A stretch of 64,000 nt of DNA from Trichodelitschia bisporula (Eukaryota), in the NCBI GenBank assembly GCA_010356995.1, contig ML996693.1:558001-622000 (forward strand), given 5' to 3'. Numbering within the stretch: position 1 is the stretch's first letter; each line of letters opens with the position of its first letter. Made by a program: the position numbers and the translations under genes. Positions 10,908 to 22,063 of this stretch are shown here, one piece after another. The notes under the pieces were generated by a model. It had not been told where the DNA came from and did no database searches. It was given only the letters and a program-made list of their open reading frames with translations.

Positions 10908-12814
10908 TGATGGTGGCGGTGCGGTGTGAGGGTGGGACCAAGGGGACCATGGTGCACAGATATTCCATGGAAGGTACTGTACCGTAGAGACAAATGATGG
11001 GGAATCATGGTCTGGATGAATAGGCGCTTGTGGTGTTCGCTGATGAGTCGTGTTTTCATTCAAGACGGTTCCCGTTGAGTAGCTGTTGAGTTTCCTCCAG
11101 GCGCAGTGGTTGCCATGTGCTGATATCTGTCCCTCGGATTGCGCGGACAAGTCGGAATTGTTGCAGCAAGTTCTAGTGGACATTTGGCAAGTGCTCACAA
11201 TCCCTATCGTGTGGTTACTCTCCTTCGGGTGGGTTCCGTGCCTACCTCGACCGTTAACTAAAGCAAGCTCAGACAGCTACCGGACGATAGTCGTCCGAGC
11301 CAGGTTCGATCAAATGTCGAGGAAAGCACGGACACCTCCAGGAAGAGAGCTATCACACATGGCGATTGGGAGCACTTGCCAAACTGCTCCTCGGTCAAGA
11401 CGTTACATTTGGCAGGTGCTCGCAGAGAAGAACCATTCAAAATGTAGGAAGTTGGAGAGGCGGGAAATCGGCCAATTTATGGGTTAAAGGACGGGCGGGA
11501 GAGGACGGAGATGCTTTTCCCGGGGGCGGGGCGGGATGAGGCCAGCCGAGTCTTGGATTGTAGGGAGTGACGACAAGCTGCGAGAGCCTTTGAATAACGA
11601 CGGCATTCGCTTTGGCGGCATTGGATGGATCTCGGCGATGATCCACAAGTGTTGCAGGTCTCTGCATCATCAGCCTTGCCAAGGTGGGGTTGAGGTTATC
11701 TATCACGTGAGGGTGGAATGGGTTGGAGTTGAGGTTGGGGAATTCATCTCGACATCTATTCTTTCTTCCTTCCCTCGTGTCTTTCAGTCGAACTTGTCCC
11801 TCGCCTCAAACTCTCCGACGGAGCTTCACGCCAAACTCTCCGACCCACGTGCCCTCCCCGATCGCACACCAAATCAAGGGAGCAACCGAAAAACCCTCCA
11901 TGAAGCGCGTCAACAAGACGGAACCAGCCCCGGGGCCCTGACAACTCCTCGGCCAGCTCGTCCTACACCGCCAGTTGCTCAATCTCAATCTTCACCAAAC
12001 GGGGGGTCGCTTGGCGCCGCAAGCAAACCCATGGAACGGAATTGATTGCGATTGTACTCCTGCGTTTTTCCCATGTTCCATGTTCTGTGGTCTGTGGCCG
12101 ATGATGACGGGAGCGAGCGCGCGGATGAGGCGGGTGTGCGCAGCTCGCGTGCGTGGGGTTGGGGACGGGTGGGAGCGCGTTCCGCAAGATGGAGCTGATC
12201 TCACGGACCGGCGATGCGGAAAGTGTTCAGGCCGTCTGTGACTTCGTCATCAATTCGCGAGAGACGCAAAGCAATGGACGACAATGGCCGCTTGCGATGG
12301 ACAGCTAAAGCACGGGGTACACTCGACCGCGTCAAAATAGACTTGCCAGCTGGCAAATGACGCCACGCTCCACCCAGGGGAGGCTGGTGAGAGAGAAAGT
12401 CCGGGGCCCGGCACACCCCGGCGCCGGCACAACCTTTGCACGCTGCGGCGTTGGTGTGTGCGGGTTGCGTTGCTGGTGCATTGGCGGCGCGGGTGTTGTG
12501 CGAGTCGTTCGCTGCTACGTGTTCGTGCGCACTGCGAGGGATGCGAGATGTGTGGGGAGAGGGGGCTCGTCCCCTTGTTGGTGGGCATGAATTTGGGGGA
12601 GGCGGGGGGGCTAGATGAGGGGTGATGGAGTTGAGAGAGTGTTGGCAATTGCGGTGATGAAGAGGTGGGGGGATGGATGGATGGTGGTTGATGATGGTTG
12701 TGGTGATGGTTGTGGCCGTGGTCTGGAAGGAAATGCCCTCAGGCTTGAAGCTTGAAGAGACAAGGCCAACAACGAACAACGTTCCAGCCATTGAATTCGC
12801 ATTATCCCGTCCAT

Positions 12815-12861
12815 TGCCAGCTCTGCCAGCTCTGCCAGCTCTGCCAGCTCAAGGCCAGCTC
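12815..12861. repeat. 9-bp tandem repeat TGCCAGCTC x4 plus a partial fifth copy
   Basis: Units start at 12815, 12824, 12833 and 12842; GCCAGCTC at 12854. Confidence 0.9.
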
Positions 12862-14218
12862 TACCTTGCATTGATGAGGCCCTCGTGATTTCATTCCCCC
12901 ACACTTGCGGCGACAATCCGTCGATGAAGTTAAGAGTAAGAGAACGCAAGCAAGCAGGCGAAAAAGGGCCGCCCCTGGAGCACTTGACCGTGGCCGAAGC
13001 AGAAGAACGCCAAAGCTTTGAACAGCGAGCGCACCTCCTCCCTTAACGCCTTTTACCAACTTCTGTCTCTCTTCTCGCGTCTCTCTCCCTTAACATCATC
13101 CTTTTCGTCACCCCTCGGATCCCATCCAAGTACTTCAAGCACCGGCCACGACTGACTCTCGCCCGCTCCGTCACCTCCGTCTTCTCTCCCCTTTCCAACC
13201 CCCGACCCACCGCAAACCGGCCAACACCTCAATTGAACCTCCCTATCCACCTCCAACTCCCAACAAACCCACCGCAATGCGCATCTCCTCCTACTCTATC
13301 TTCTCGACTACATCCGCGTCACGCAGCTAGCGAGCAGTACCTCCACCTCCGCACCCAACCCTCCACAGCTACTCCACCCCCAGCCATCCACCAGCGCGAA
13401 AATCTACTGGTACCCCCAAAACCCCCGCAGACACCCCGTCACGCCCCCGTGATTGGACCCGCGCGCCGGACCGCGCGCGAATGGGAGCGGGCCGAGCCTC
13501 CATCCACAACACGGCGCCGCGGATTGGGAGGATTGCACGCTCTGTGAGGTTTGTCGTACGGAGGTGCTTCCCGACCGACTGGAAATAATCGAGCATTTTT
13601 GTTTGCGACGGGCGAGGTCTTTGCGACCCCTGGGGCGGAATTCAACCCGCGAGGTTTGCGACGCGGCAAGGGCGAGAGGTACGTATCTTTTGCTTCTTTT
13701 TCTTCCTCTTCTGCTTCTTTCTTCCCGGGCGCGGATTTATACCCACCGTACCCGCCGTGGCCGCAATCCCCGTGTTTGCGTCACGGCGGCTACTTGCCCC
13801 TTTGGGCTGCCCGCCGATTGCCCGTTTGAGCGCCGCGAGAGGGCCCGCCAATTGCGCATGGTACATCGGGCCTTTTCTACGGGAGGCGGAGCATCAGAGA
13901 GAGAGGGAGGCTGGTATATTCGCCGCTTCGCAGCGCTGACGGCCTTTGCCAGGTTTTCTTCAATCGCGCGCTTTTAGTCGCCCGGTGGTTTTTGAGGGAT
14001 TGGGGATTATTGCGACGCCCGGGCCAAGGACCGCGATTTCTGATATCACAAACACGCCCCTGCGCTGAGGTCACTTCCCATATCCGGACGCGCCCCGCGA
14101 AAGAGCCTCGTCACATCGGGAATTGCGCCTCTGACGCTGAGCTCCGGCTTCATTTCGCCAGGAGGTACATCACCCTCGCTTTCCCTCCACCTCACCACCA
14201 CACTCTCCTCCAGACACA

Positions 14219-16148
14219 ATGGCAACCTCCGACGTCGACCAAAAATACCTCGGCCGCCTCGCCGCCCTCACCTCCCCCACCCACCCCCTCCCCTCAAAAG
14301 CCCTCTTCCAACTACTCGGCCTCAGCGTAATCCTCTCCCGTAAACTCCTCCGCGCCCGCCGCCTCCGCCGCCTCGACCCAAGCCGGGACACAAAGTCCCT
14401 CCGGCTCTACCATCACATCGTCTGGCTCGCACGGGAAGGGCTATGGATCCTCGAGACCTACGTGTTGCCCACAGCCCAGGAAGGCGAACTCGGTCCCGAG
14501 GCCACGGTCCTAGCACTGAAGCTGCGCGCGAGCTTCTGCCACGTCTTCTGCCTGTTCGCGAACACGCCCCCTCTGACCGCCGTCTCCCTGCCAGGCCCCA
14601 GAGGCGGCGAGGCCACGCCCCCAGCCACCCCGCGCAAAGGCCGCCGGTCCGCCAGCAACCCCCTCTCCCCGCCAGCCCGGGACACGGAGCCGCACCGACA
14701 ACCCACCCTCCGCGACCCCATAGCAAGCATAACCTCCGACGCCTCCTTCCTCACAAACCCCTACGCCGGCCCATCCACCCCCCCTCCCCCCACCGACAAC
14801 CCGGAATTATACGACCCAGATCTCTCCCCCCCCTACCCCCGCTCCAGCGTCGCCCTGCACACGAGCATCCCCCGCACCACCAGGCCTAACCTCCCCCCCC
14901 AGCACAACCCCCTTCCTCCTCCCAGCCCGCAACTTCATCCCCCTAACAAGCGCACACTTCGCAACCGCCCTCTCCGCCGCACGCGACCTCCTCCCCGGCG
15001 CACACCCATTACGTCTATCAACAGCCCTCGAATCCACAGCCTTCACCTGGGACGTAGCCCACGACCACGCCGCCGCGCGCCGCGCCGCCCGGCAGGCCAT
15101 CCGCGATCTTAGACATGGCGAAGACACAGGCATCGACGACGAAGGGTTCGACGACGCTGCCGAGCTCGTAGGCGCACTAGGCCGCGCCATGCGCCGCCGC
15201 AGCTGGGACGGCACGCCCCGCGCCCCCGGCAGCGTGGTTGATCCAGCAGAAGGCGCAGCCCGCGCCGTGCGCGACGCAGAGGGGAGCACAACGGGGTGGC
15301 GCACGCCGGGCGGGGAAGACGAGGACCGACACGTCACGCGCGAGCGGGACCGGGACAGGCCCCGGACTGCAGACCGCCCGAGCACGCGCGATGGCCGTGC
15401 GAGCATACGGGACGGGCATCCGAGCACGCGTGACGACCGGCCGCCGCCCACGCCGGCTAAGGACCCGAGTCCGCGCGCGCCGGAGCAGTTGAGCATGCGG
15501 CATACGCCGTCGCCGCGCGCGGCGCCTGCTCTGCCTACACCGCCGAAGGACACGCCCCCTCTTCCGCAGCAGGCATTGCCCGTGCAGGATCTGGAGCGCA
15601 CGCCGCCGCCGCAGCGCGTGTCTGCTCGGGGACCGGGGATACAAGCCACGCCGCCCACCGTCACACCCGCGCGGCGTGCTAGGAGCGCGAGTACGCCGCC
15701 TTCCACGGGGCTCACGCCGCCGACACGCCGCGGCAGGGCGGAGGCGCTGGATTACACACCCCCTGGCGCGGCGGAGGTGGGAATCTTGAGGAAAGAGCGC
15801 AGCCCTGAACCAGACACGGGACGCGGAAGGGGAAAACTAAGCGGCAACGGGCGGAGCAGAGGCGGTGCTGCAGTCGCAGCCAGCGGAACGGAGCGCAAAG
15901 TCCTCGGCGAAGGGGGCGTAAAGCGCAGTCCCACGAAGAGCGGCAGCAAAAAGGGGCGGCGGGACGAAGAGATAGGACTGTTTTACGAAGGTTACGGGGG
16001 CGGGTATGTGCAGGGTGGATATCCGGCTAGTCCCGTTGTTGGTGGGGGCGGGGGGTGGTGGGAGGATGAGGAGGGGACGGGGGGGGAGGAGGAGGGTGTA
16101 GGTGTACATTCTGCGGGTGGGGGAGGAGGAGGGGGCGCGTGGCGGTGA
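14219..16148 (+). CDS. Divergent 14-3-3-like helical domain protein with a long low-complexity tail; split by an apparent +1 frameshift at ~14780-14890
   Basis: The first frame gives LLGLSVILSRKLLRARR and VLALKLRASFCHV. The shifted frame gives LLPGAHPLRLSTALESTAFTWDVAHDHAAARRAARQAI, which resembles 14-3-3 PTHPIRLGLALNFSVF...ACHLAKQAF. I found no convincing intron at the junction, which is rich in C homopolymers. Confidence 0.75.
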
Positions 16149-16940
16149 CTCGCGGAGGGGCGCGGCTCGTCTCGGCTTGCTGGGGCGGGTGCGGCGTCCC
16201 GGGAGAAGGAGCGGCGGAGGGGGGGGAGGAGGAGGGGGGGTTGGAAGTGTGAGATTATGTAGCCTCCACCCCCTCCCACCTCTTCGGACGCCGTATCTTG
16301 TTCGGCTTGGATGCATTGTGGATGGATGGGATTAAGGCTGGATTCGGATTGGGGACATAGACGGACATTGCGCGCGTACATATGGGATCGGGAACTGGAA
16401 CTGGATGGAGAGGCGGGCTTCGTTTCGAGGGCGAGATGGATACGGATTTGATACCCCCCCCCCCCCCCCTTTAGTGGTTTAATGGATGGGAGCAGGCGGC
16501 GGGTTTTTGTGCACTCTTACTCTTTGTGTGTGGTTCATACTGAGCGGGTGGTAGCATCTGCCTAGAACAGTTTAATGCAGTCAATAGAGCTGAAGCTTCT
16601 GGTTGCGCCGGTGTCTTTGCTCTCAACAGTGATGACGGTGATGGCCAAGCACCACATCCCCCGGCCTGACGTTCAGCCTAGCATTCACGTGAACAAACCA
16701 CCCAGTCGGAGATCATGCATCAGTTCCCCAACAGGCAAGACAGCACGTGTGTTATCATTAACCTTCAAGTGCGTCCATCACTACCCTCAAAGCAAACCAT
16801 TGCCCTTAAGGCAAACCGTAAAATCAAGACAAACATCCTCTTTCATAACCCTTGTCTAGCCGATTACAACCCGCAACACAAACCCAATGCCACATCGCTC
16901 CCCAGACCCAGTCAACCCCATCATTCACCTATGCAACCAC

Positions 16941-19109
16941 CTATATGGTAACCTCCACACGCTCCGAGCCCACGTAGTGAATGTCTTGCGTCGGATGACG
17001 GTACAGCCCGGTACGCAGGCGCTTCTGGTCCAAGAAATGGGCAATCAAGCCAATGCTACGGCCCAGCACGAAGAGGCCGTTCATCACGCCCATCTTGAGG
17101 TACTCCTCAGCCTCCTCAGCCGAGAAGGCACCGCAGTTGCGTAGCAAATCCACAAAGCACACGGCGATGCACCCATCGACGTTCAGGATCAAGTTGTCCT
17201 TCTTGCTCGTCGTCACCGACTCAACTGCCAGCGCATAGTCGAGCAGCTTCGTCGACGGGAACTTGGCCTTGACGTAGTCCTTGACCAGCTCAACACGCAG
17301 ATCGGGGTTGTTGCGCGACTTGATGCGATGTCCGATACCGGGGACTAAACCTTGCGTTAGCCTACCTTCAAATACAGATACCCATAAAAAAACACTTACT
17401 GAGCTTGTTCTGCTTGCGCATGGTATCCACAAACTGACGGGGGGTCAGACCCTTGTCGTACGCACGGGAGAACTCCTCGGCAGCGCCATCGAGCGCACCA
17501 CCGAAGCGCGAGCCAATCGTCAGCAGACCCGAGACAAGGGCCGAGATGAGGTCCTTGCCCGCACGCGTCGTGATGATCGTGTTCATAGCACCGGACACGG
17601 CAGGGCCGTGGTCGGCCGTCAGCATCAGCACCATCTCGAGGAACTTGCCGGCGTAGTCGGGCAGGCGACGGCGGAACCACAACAGCGACATGACACCACC
17701 AATGCCAATGTTCTCCCGGAACACGTCCGAGATCGGCATGCCAGCGTACAGCAGCTCCTGGCCACGGTCGTCGGAGATGGTCGAGATGAAAGCGGCCGGC
17801 TTGCGGATCAGGCCGAGCTCCTGCGCCCACGAGTAGTCCATGGGGATCTTGGGCACGACAGGTTCTGGCTTGGGCTTAATGGCGCCTTCCTTGACGAGCT
17901 TTTGGTACAGAGCCAAGAGCACTTCAGGCAGGTCCTCGAAGGTGTCCGGGACGTGGAAGCCGGCCTCCTTCATGGCCTTGTTCTTGGTCACCGCCGTCTC
18001 AAGCTGCGAGTTGGCAAACGAGCCGGCGTGACCGAACTGAACCTCAGTCTTAAGCAGACCAGCAACGGTACCAATGGCCCACGCAACGATAGGCTTGGTG
18101 ATCTTGCCCGACTTGACAGCCTCAATGACGCGGTACTCCTCGACACCACCGACCTCACCGAGCAAGAGCAGAATCTTGCAGTCGGGGTCGGCCTGGTAAC
18201 GCAGCATGTGGTCGATGAAGGTAGTTCCGGGGTACCGGTCACCGCCAATGGCCACACCCTCGTACACGCCGTCCGTAGTGTTGGCGATGATGTTGTTCAG
18301 CTCGTTCGACATACCGCCCGACTTGGACACATACGCAACGGAGCCAGGGCGGTACAGCTTGGAGGCCACAATATTGTCCATCATGCCACCCGTGTTGCCG
18401 ATCTTAAACGCGCCAGGCTTGATGCCACCCACAGTCGCGGGACCGATAATAGTGACACCCTTCTTGCGCGCTACGTGCATGATCTCCCGAGCACGCTATT
18501 CATGTCAGGCCGTTCTCACCGCACAAAGACTGGACAACTTACACGTTCAGGCACACCCTCGGCGATGATGGCAATGCATCGCACCTGCGGGCACTCCATC
18601 AGCTCCATGGTTGAGCTGTACACACTGCGTGACGACGCAAAGTTGACCACAACGTCGACATCAGGGTGCTTCGCCATGGCCTTCTCGACCGTTTCGTACA
18701 CGGGCAGCAGCGTCTCGCTCGTTCCCCAGTACCTATCCCTGGTCAGCCTTGTCCGTGGCACTTATGAGTCCGCGTACATTTTGCTGATGAACTGGCCGCC
18801 GAATGTGTAGATGATGGCAGCAACAGATGGCGTCTTGCGCTTGCAGATGAAGTCAAAGTCCAGCATGCCCTGGACGGCTCTCGGTTGCAGGCCACTACTC
18901 CCGTCAGCCACGTCGTCGCGTGTGCGCCACTTCTGGCTTCAATTCTGGGAGTATACGCACTAGACGAAGCATCGTGTCTTCGTGTGAAAGAGTGTGTGTT
19001 CCGCAGGGGGGCTCAGCGGGCGACTGGGAGCAGCGAAGCGGCGGATATTGTCGTTCGCGGAGAGCATGTCGGCGCCATCGCCGTTAGGGACCGGGACAAC
19101 AGAAGGCAT
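16941..19109 (-). CDS. ACL1: ATP-citrate lyase, large subunit (CoA-binding, phospho-His and citryl-CoA lyase domains); multi-exon
   Basis: [29 protein letters not shown] (phospho-His), [17 protein letters not shown] and GLYRHP motifs; N-terminus [10 protein letters not shown]...SANDNIRRF. Confidence 0.97.
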
Positions 19110-22063
19110 GGTGGACGAAATTTGGAGTGGTTAGATAGCGATTTCACGGGCGGTGATCTGGTTCTGTGGCATTCGTCAGCTCGAATAGTTCTAGAACAAG
19201 TTTGAGAGGCATCGAAACCGAGGCCAGTTGGACGTTGGGGAATTGGGGAATACGGGGTTCTCGGAAGTTCATGAAGCTGGAAGTGGCCTTGCGTGGCTAG
19301 CCACGGGGGACGACGTACCTAACGGTGGTTGTCTTGGAGACCAGGCTAGAAGATGTCGATTGGAGGGTGAAGATAGGTGACCCTTTGTCGATTGAAATGG
19401 GGTTTTTGGGGGGAGAGGAGACGATAAGATGAAGGATGAAGTTGCTGAGGAGGTTGAGGGAGGAGACGGCTTTCTCTGAGCGGTCGGACGCACTTGCGTT
19501 GGATGTTGGTGGGGGGAATGGGGGGGCTGCAGTCGCTTTGAATTTCGCAGAGAAAGAGCGAGGGGGAGTTAAGGTTGGTCGTTGAGCTCCGACCCCTGGT
19601 TGGTTGGGAGTTGGTTGGATCGAGGGGTGGGTGGTTAGTGGAGAGGGGTTGGTCCGTGCCCTATTCGATTTCTCTAGTCGGCACAAGGGTGGGGAAGGGC
19701 CGAGAAGCAGTTGGGTTGGGCTGGAAGCCGTAGAGACGCCGAATAGATGATTGATTGATGGCGCATAAGGAGGGCGAGAAGGGGTCGGAACGGAACGAAA
19801 GTACATGCGCCTGTGTGTGAGTGTGTGTGGCGCAGCTACGTTACCCGTTCCTAGTCCGGGGAGTTGTGCCCGCTTCTGAACCGTGTGGGGATGCTCGTGC
19901 AGCGAGAGGCTGACGGCCTCCAAAATAAACTGCCATTAACCTCGTCTCATGTCGGTTTTCCGCGACTCCGCAACATGCTCGACTCTCGGTCATCTGTCGA
20001 TCCGGGCCTCCGCGTCGTATGCCGTCCGTATCTCCACCGTCACTTGTGCTGCCTTATGCCGTAAAGCGTAGCCGGCGAGAGTAAGGCTCCAAGGCTGTGT
20101 TCTGTGGAGCAGCCTCGGGAGCTGAAAGTTGTTGCTGATGCCATGCCAAATGCCACACAAATGGTCGGCCTCAAGGGCTAAAATTGGCGCTTAGTGGGCC
20201 ATGCTGTGTGCCTGAATGGAATTGCGCCAGCCGTACTCCGCACCGCGCGCCACAGTCCGGGTTCGGCTCCATGATTTCCCTCTCACACACCCTTCCACTC
20301 CAACTCAATCGCAGCCACCACAACTCTGCAGTCTTTCTTCCCCCTCCACCAAGTCCGACGTTCTGCCCCACCTTCACCGTGGTGGACGACGGAGCAGCTT
20401 TAGCGCTGTGACATGGGAAATGAGTTTAAAAAAAAACCAAATAAGGCGTATGTGTCAGACAAGCAGTTTGCTGCGTTGCTGTGTTGGCCTCCTGTTCCCC
20501 CAGTAGATTCTTGTGTTGTCGCAAGAAGAAAATATTCCAGAAGATGTAGTTGCGGTGAGCGTCGAGCGACGGCATCGGATAAGTTGTCCTAGCGCGGCCG
20601 CCATGCCGCAGCGCACAGAGTTGCGGGGAGAACGTCTCACGTCCTCAACAGACATAGTCTTGGGCCAATGTTCGATCGACGTTCCGACGCTTGTCATGCA
20701 CGCCGACAAAAGAGGCTTGAGCGATGTACCCGAGGAGGAGAGAGGATTTTCTCGTCCGAGATGAATAATTGTCAAAAAGAGAGCAATCGATCATCAGCCC
20801 AGGCGCCCCACGTATCCAATTTTATGCGGGGTTCCTTTCTGCTGTTCTTGCTGCTCGGTCGGGCCGTGTGCAATACCGTGCGAAATACCGTGCGAAATAA
20901 TCGTTGCCGCTGCTCACGGCCGGGGCCTGTCAAGCCAGCAGAGCGCAGCCCCACCAGGGGAAGTTTTTAGCATCCGGCAGGCCCCAAGAGAAGCCGCTAA
21001 GTGAACTTGAACCCTTCGCCAAGTGGGCAAAAAGAGAGACGAACAAAGGCCGAGAAGAGTCGGAAACTGTGGGCAGTTAGAGCTAAACAATAACAGACAA
21101 CAGACAAGGAACAAGAGACAAGAGACAGGAGACAGGGGAAAAAGATGTACACAATAGTACACAATAGTACACAGTAGGGAGAAAAAAAAAGAGAAGAAAT
21201 GGCAAACCTCACACTCACTCCCAGAGAGTGTTCCACCCCATCTACCCCGCCCTTGTCACCCACAGCCCTACCCTGCCACCCGCTAAGGACCAACCCACTA
21301 GAGTCCCCTCCTCAACCCTCCCAATTCACACTACTGCCCGCATCCCCTCTCTTTCTCCCCACCCAATCCCTTCTCTTCAGGCCCTGGCTGGTGAGTGGGT
21401 GTCTGTCCTGAAGCTCTTCTCTTTTTTATCTCCTCCGCCGAAAGTTTGACCACCACTTCACCTCCCTTCAATTCTTGACTCTCTCCATCTCACCATCTCT
21501 GTCTCTGTGCTCTTCCTCAAGCCGCTATCGATTTTCACCGAGTCGTACCCCTCCCCTCCCCTCCCCTCCCAACCCCACCCACCACGAACAATCAACCGCC
21601 TCTCTTCGTATTTGCCGCCGTCATCAACTATTTTTGCCCAACAGCCGCAGCATTCAGCTAAGGTAAGCCTCCGTCTCCGTTTTTGTCGAGGGTTGGGGCC
21701 ACTGTGGAGTGCCCCAATAATGCGAACGAAGATTCCGATACCATACTCGTCGGACTTTTCAACCGACGTTCCCAGTCGTTGGACCCCTCCTCCCCCCCCC
21801 CCCCCCAAACCCCAACCCCAAATCCATCAAATCAATCTTGCCCCTGGTGCTCTCGCTCAGGCTGAGTTGCGTGTGTCGATCCGTTCTTCAGTCGCGTGTT
21901 GTCTTCTCGATCTGCTCTCCAATTTTTTAAACCTCATTCAACCTCTCCCGTCTTCATTCACCCCTCCCTGCTTTCACCCACCATCAGCAACCCCCACCAC
22001 TGACCAACCACTCTTGAACCATCTGCTCACATCCACGGCTCCAGCTCTTGAAAGACTTCCATC
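19110..22063. promoter_or_regulatory. Bidirectional ACL1/ACL2 control region with intron-containing 5' leaders
   Basis: Divergent ATGs at 19109 and 22064, with CT-rich leaders on each coding strand. Candidate leader introns: ACL1 19164-19318; ACL2 donors at 21391 and 21663 with an acceptor at 22044. Confidence 0.7.

Noticed and set aside
11040..11123. TGATGA...CTGA spacing resembling a box C/D snoRNA
   Set aside because: No terminal stem and no rRNA-complementary guide that I could recognise.
16454..16469. Long C/G homopolymers (also near 584, 21792 and 41404)
   Set aside because: Common simple repeats with no additional structure; lengths are unreliable in assemblies.
17281..18810. 509-aa ORF antisense to ACL1, and similar antisense ORFs over BAT1, MON2 and DBP10
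   Set aside because: Shadow frames caused by GC-rich codon bias of the real genes.
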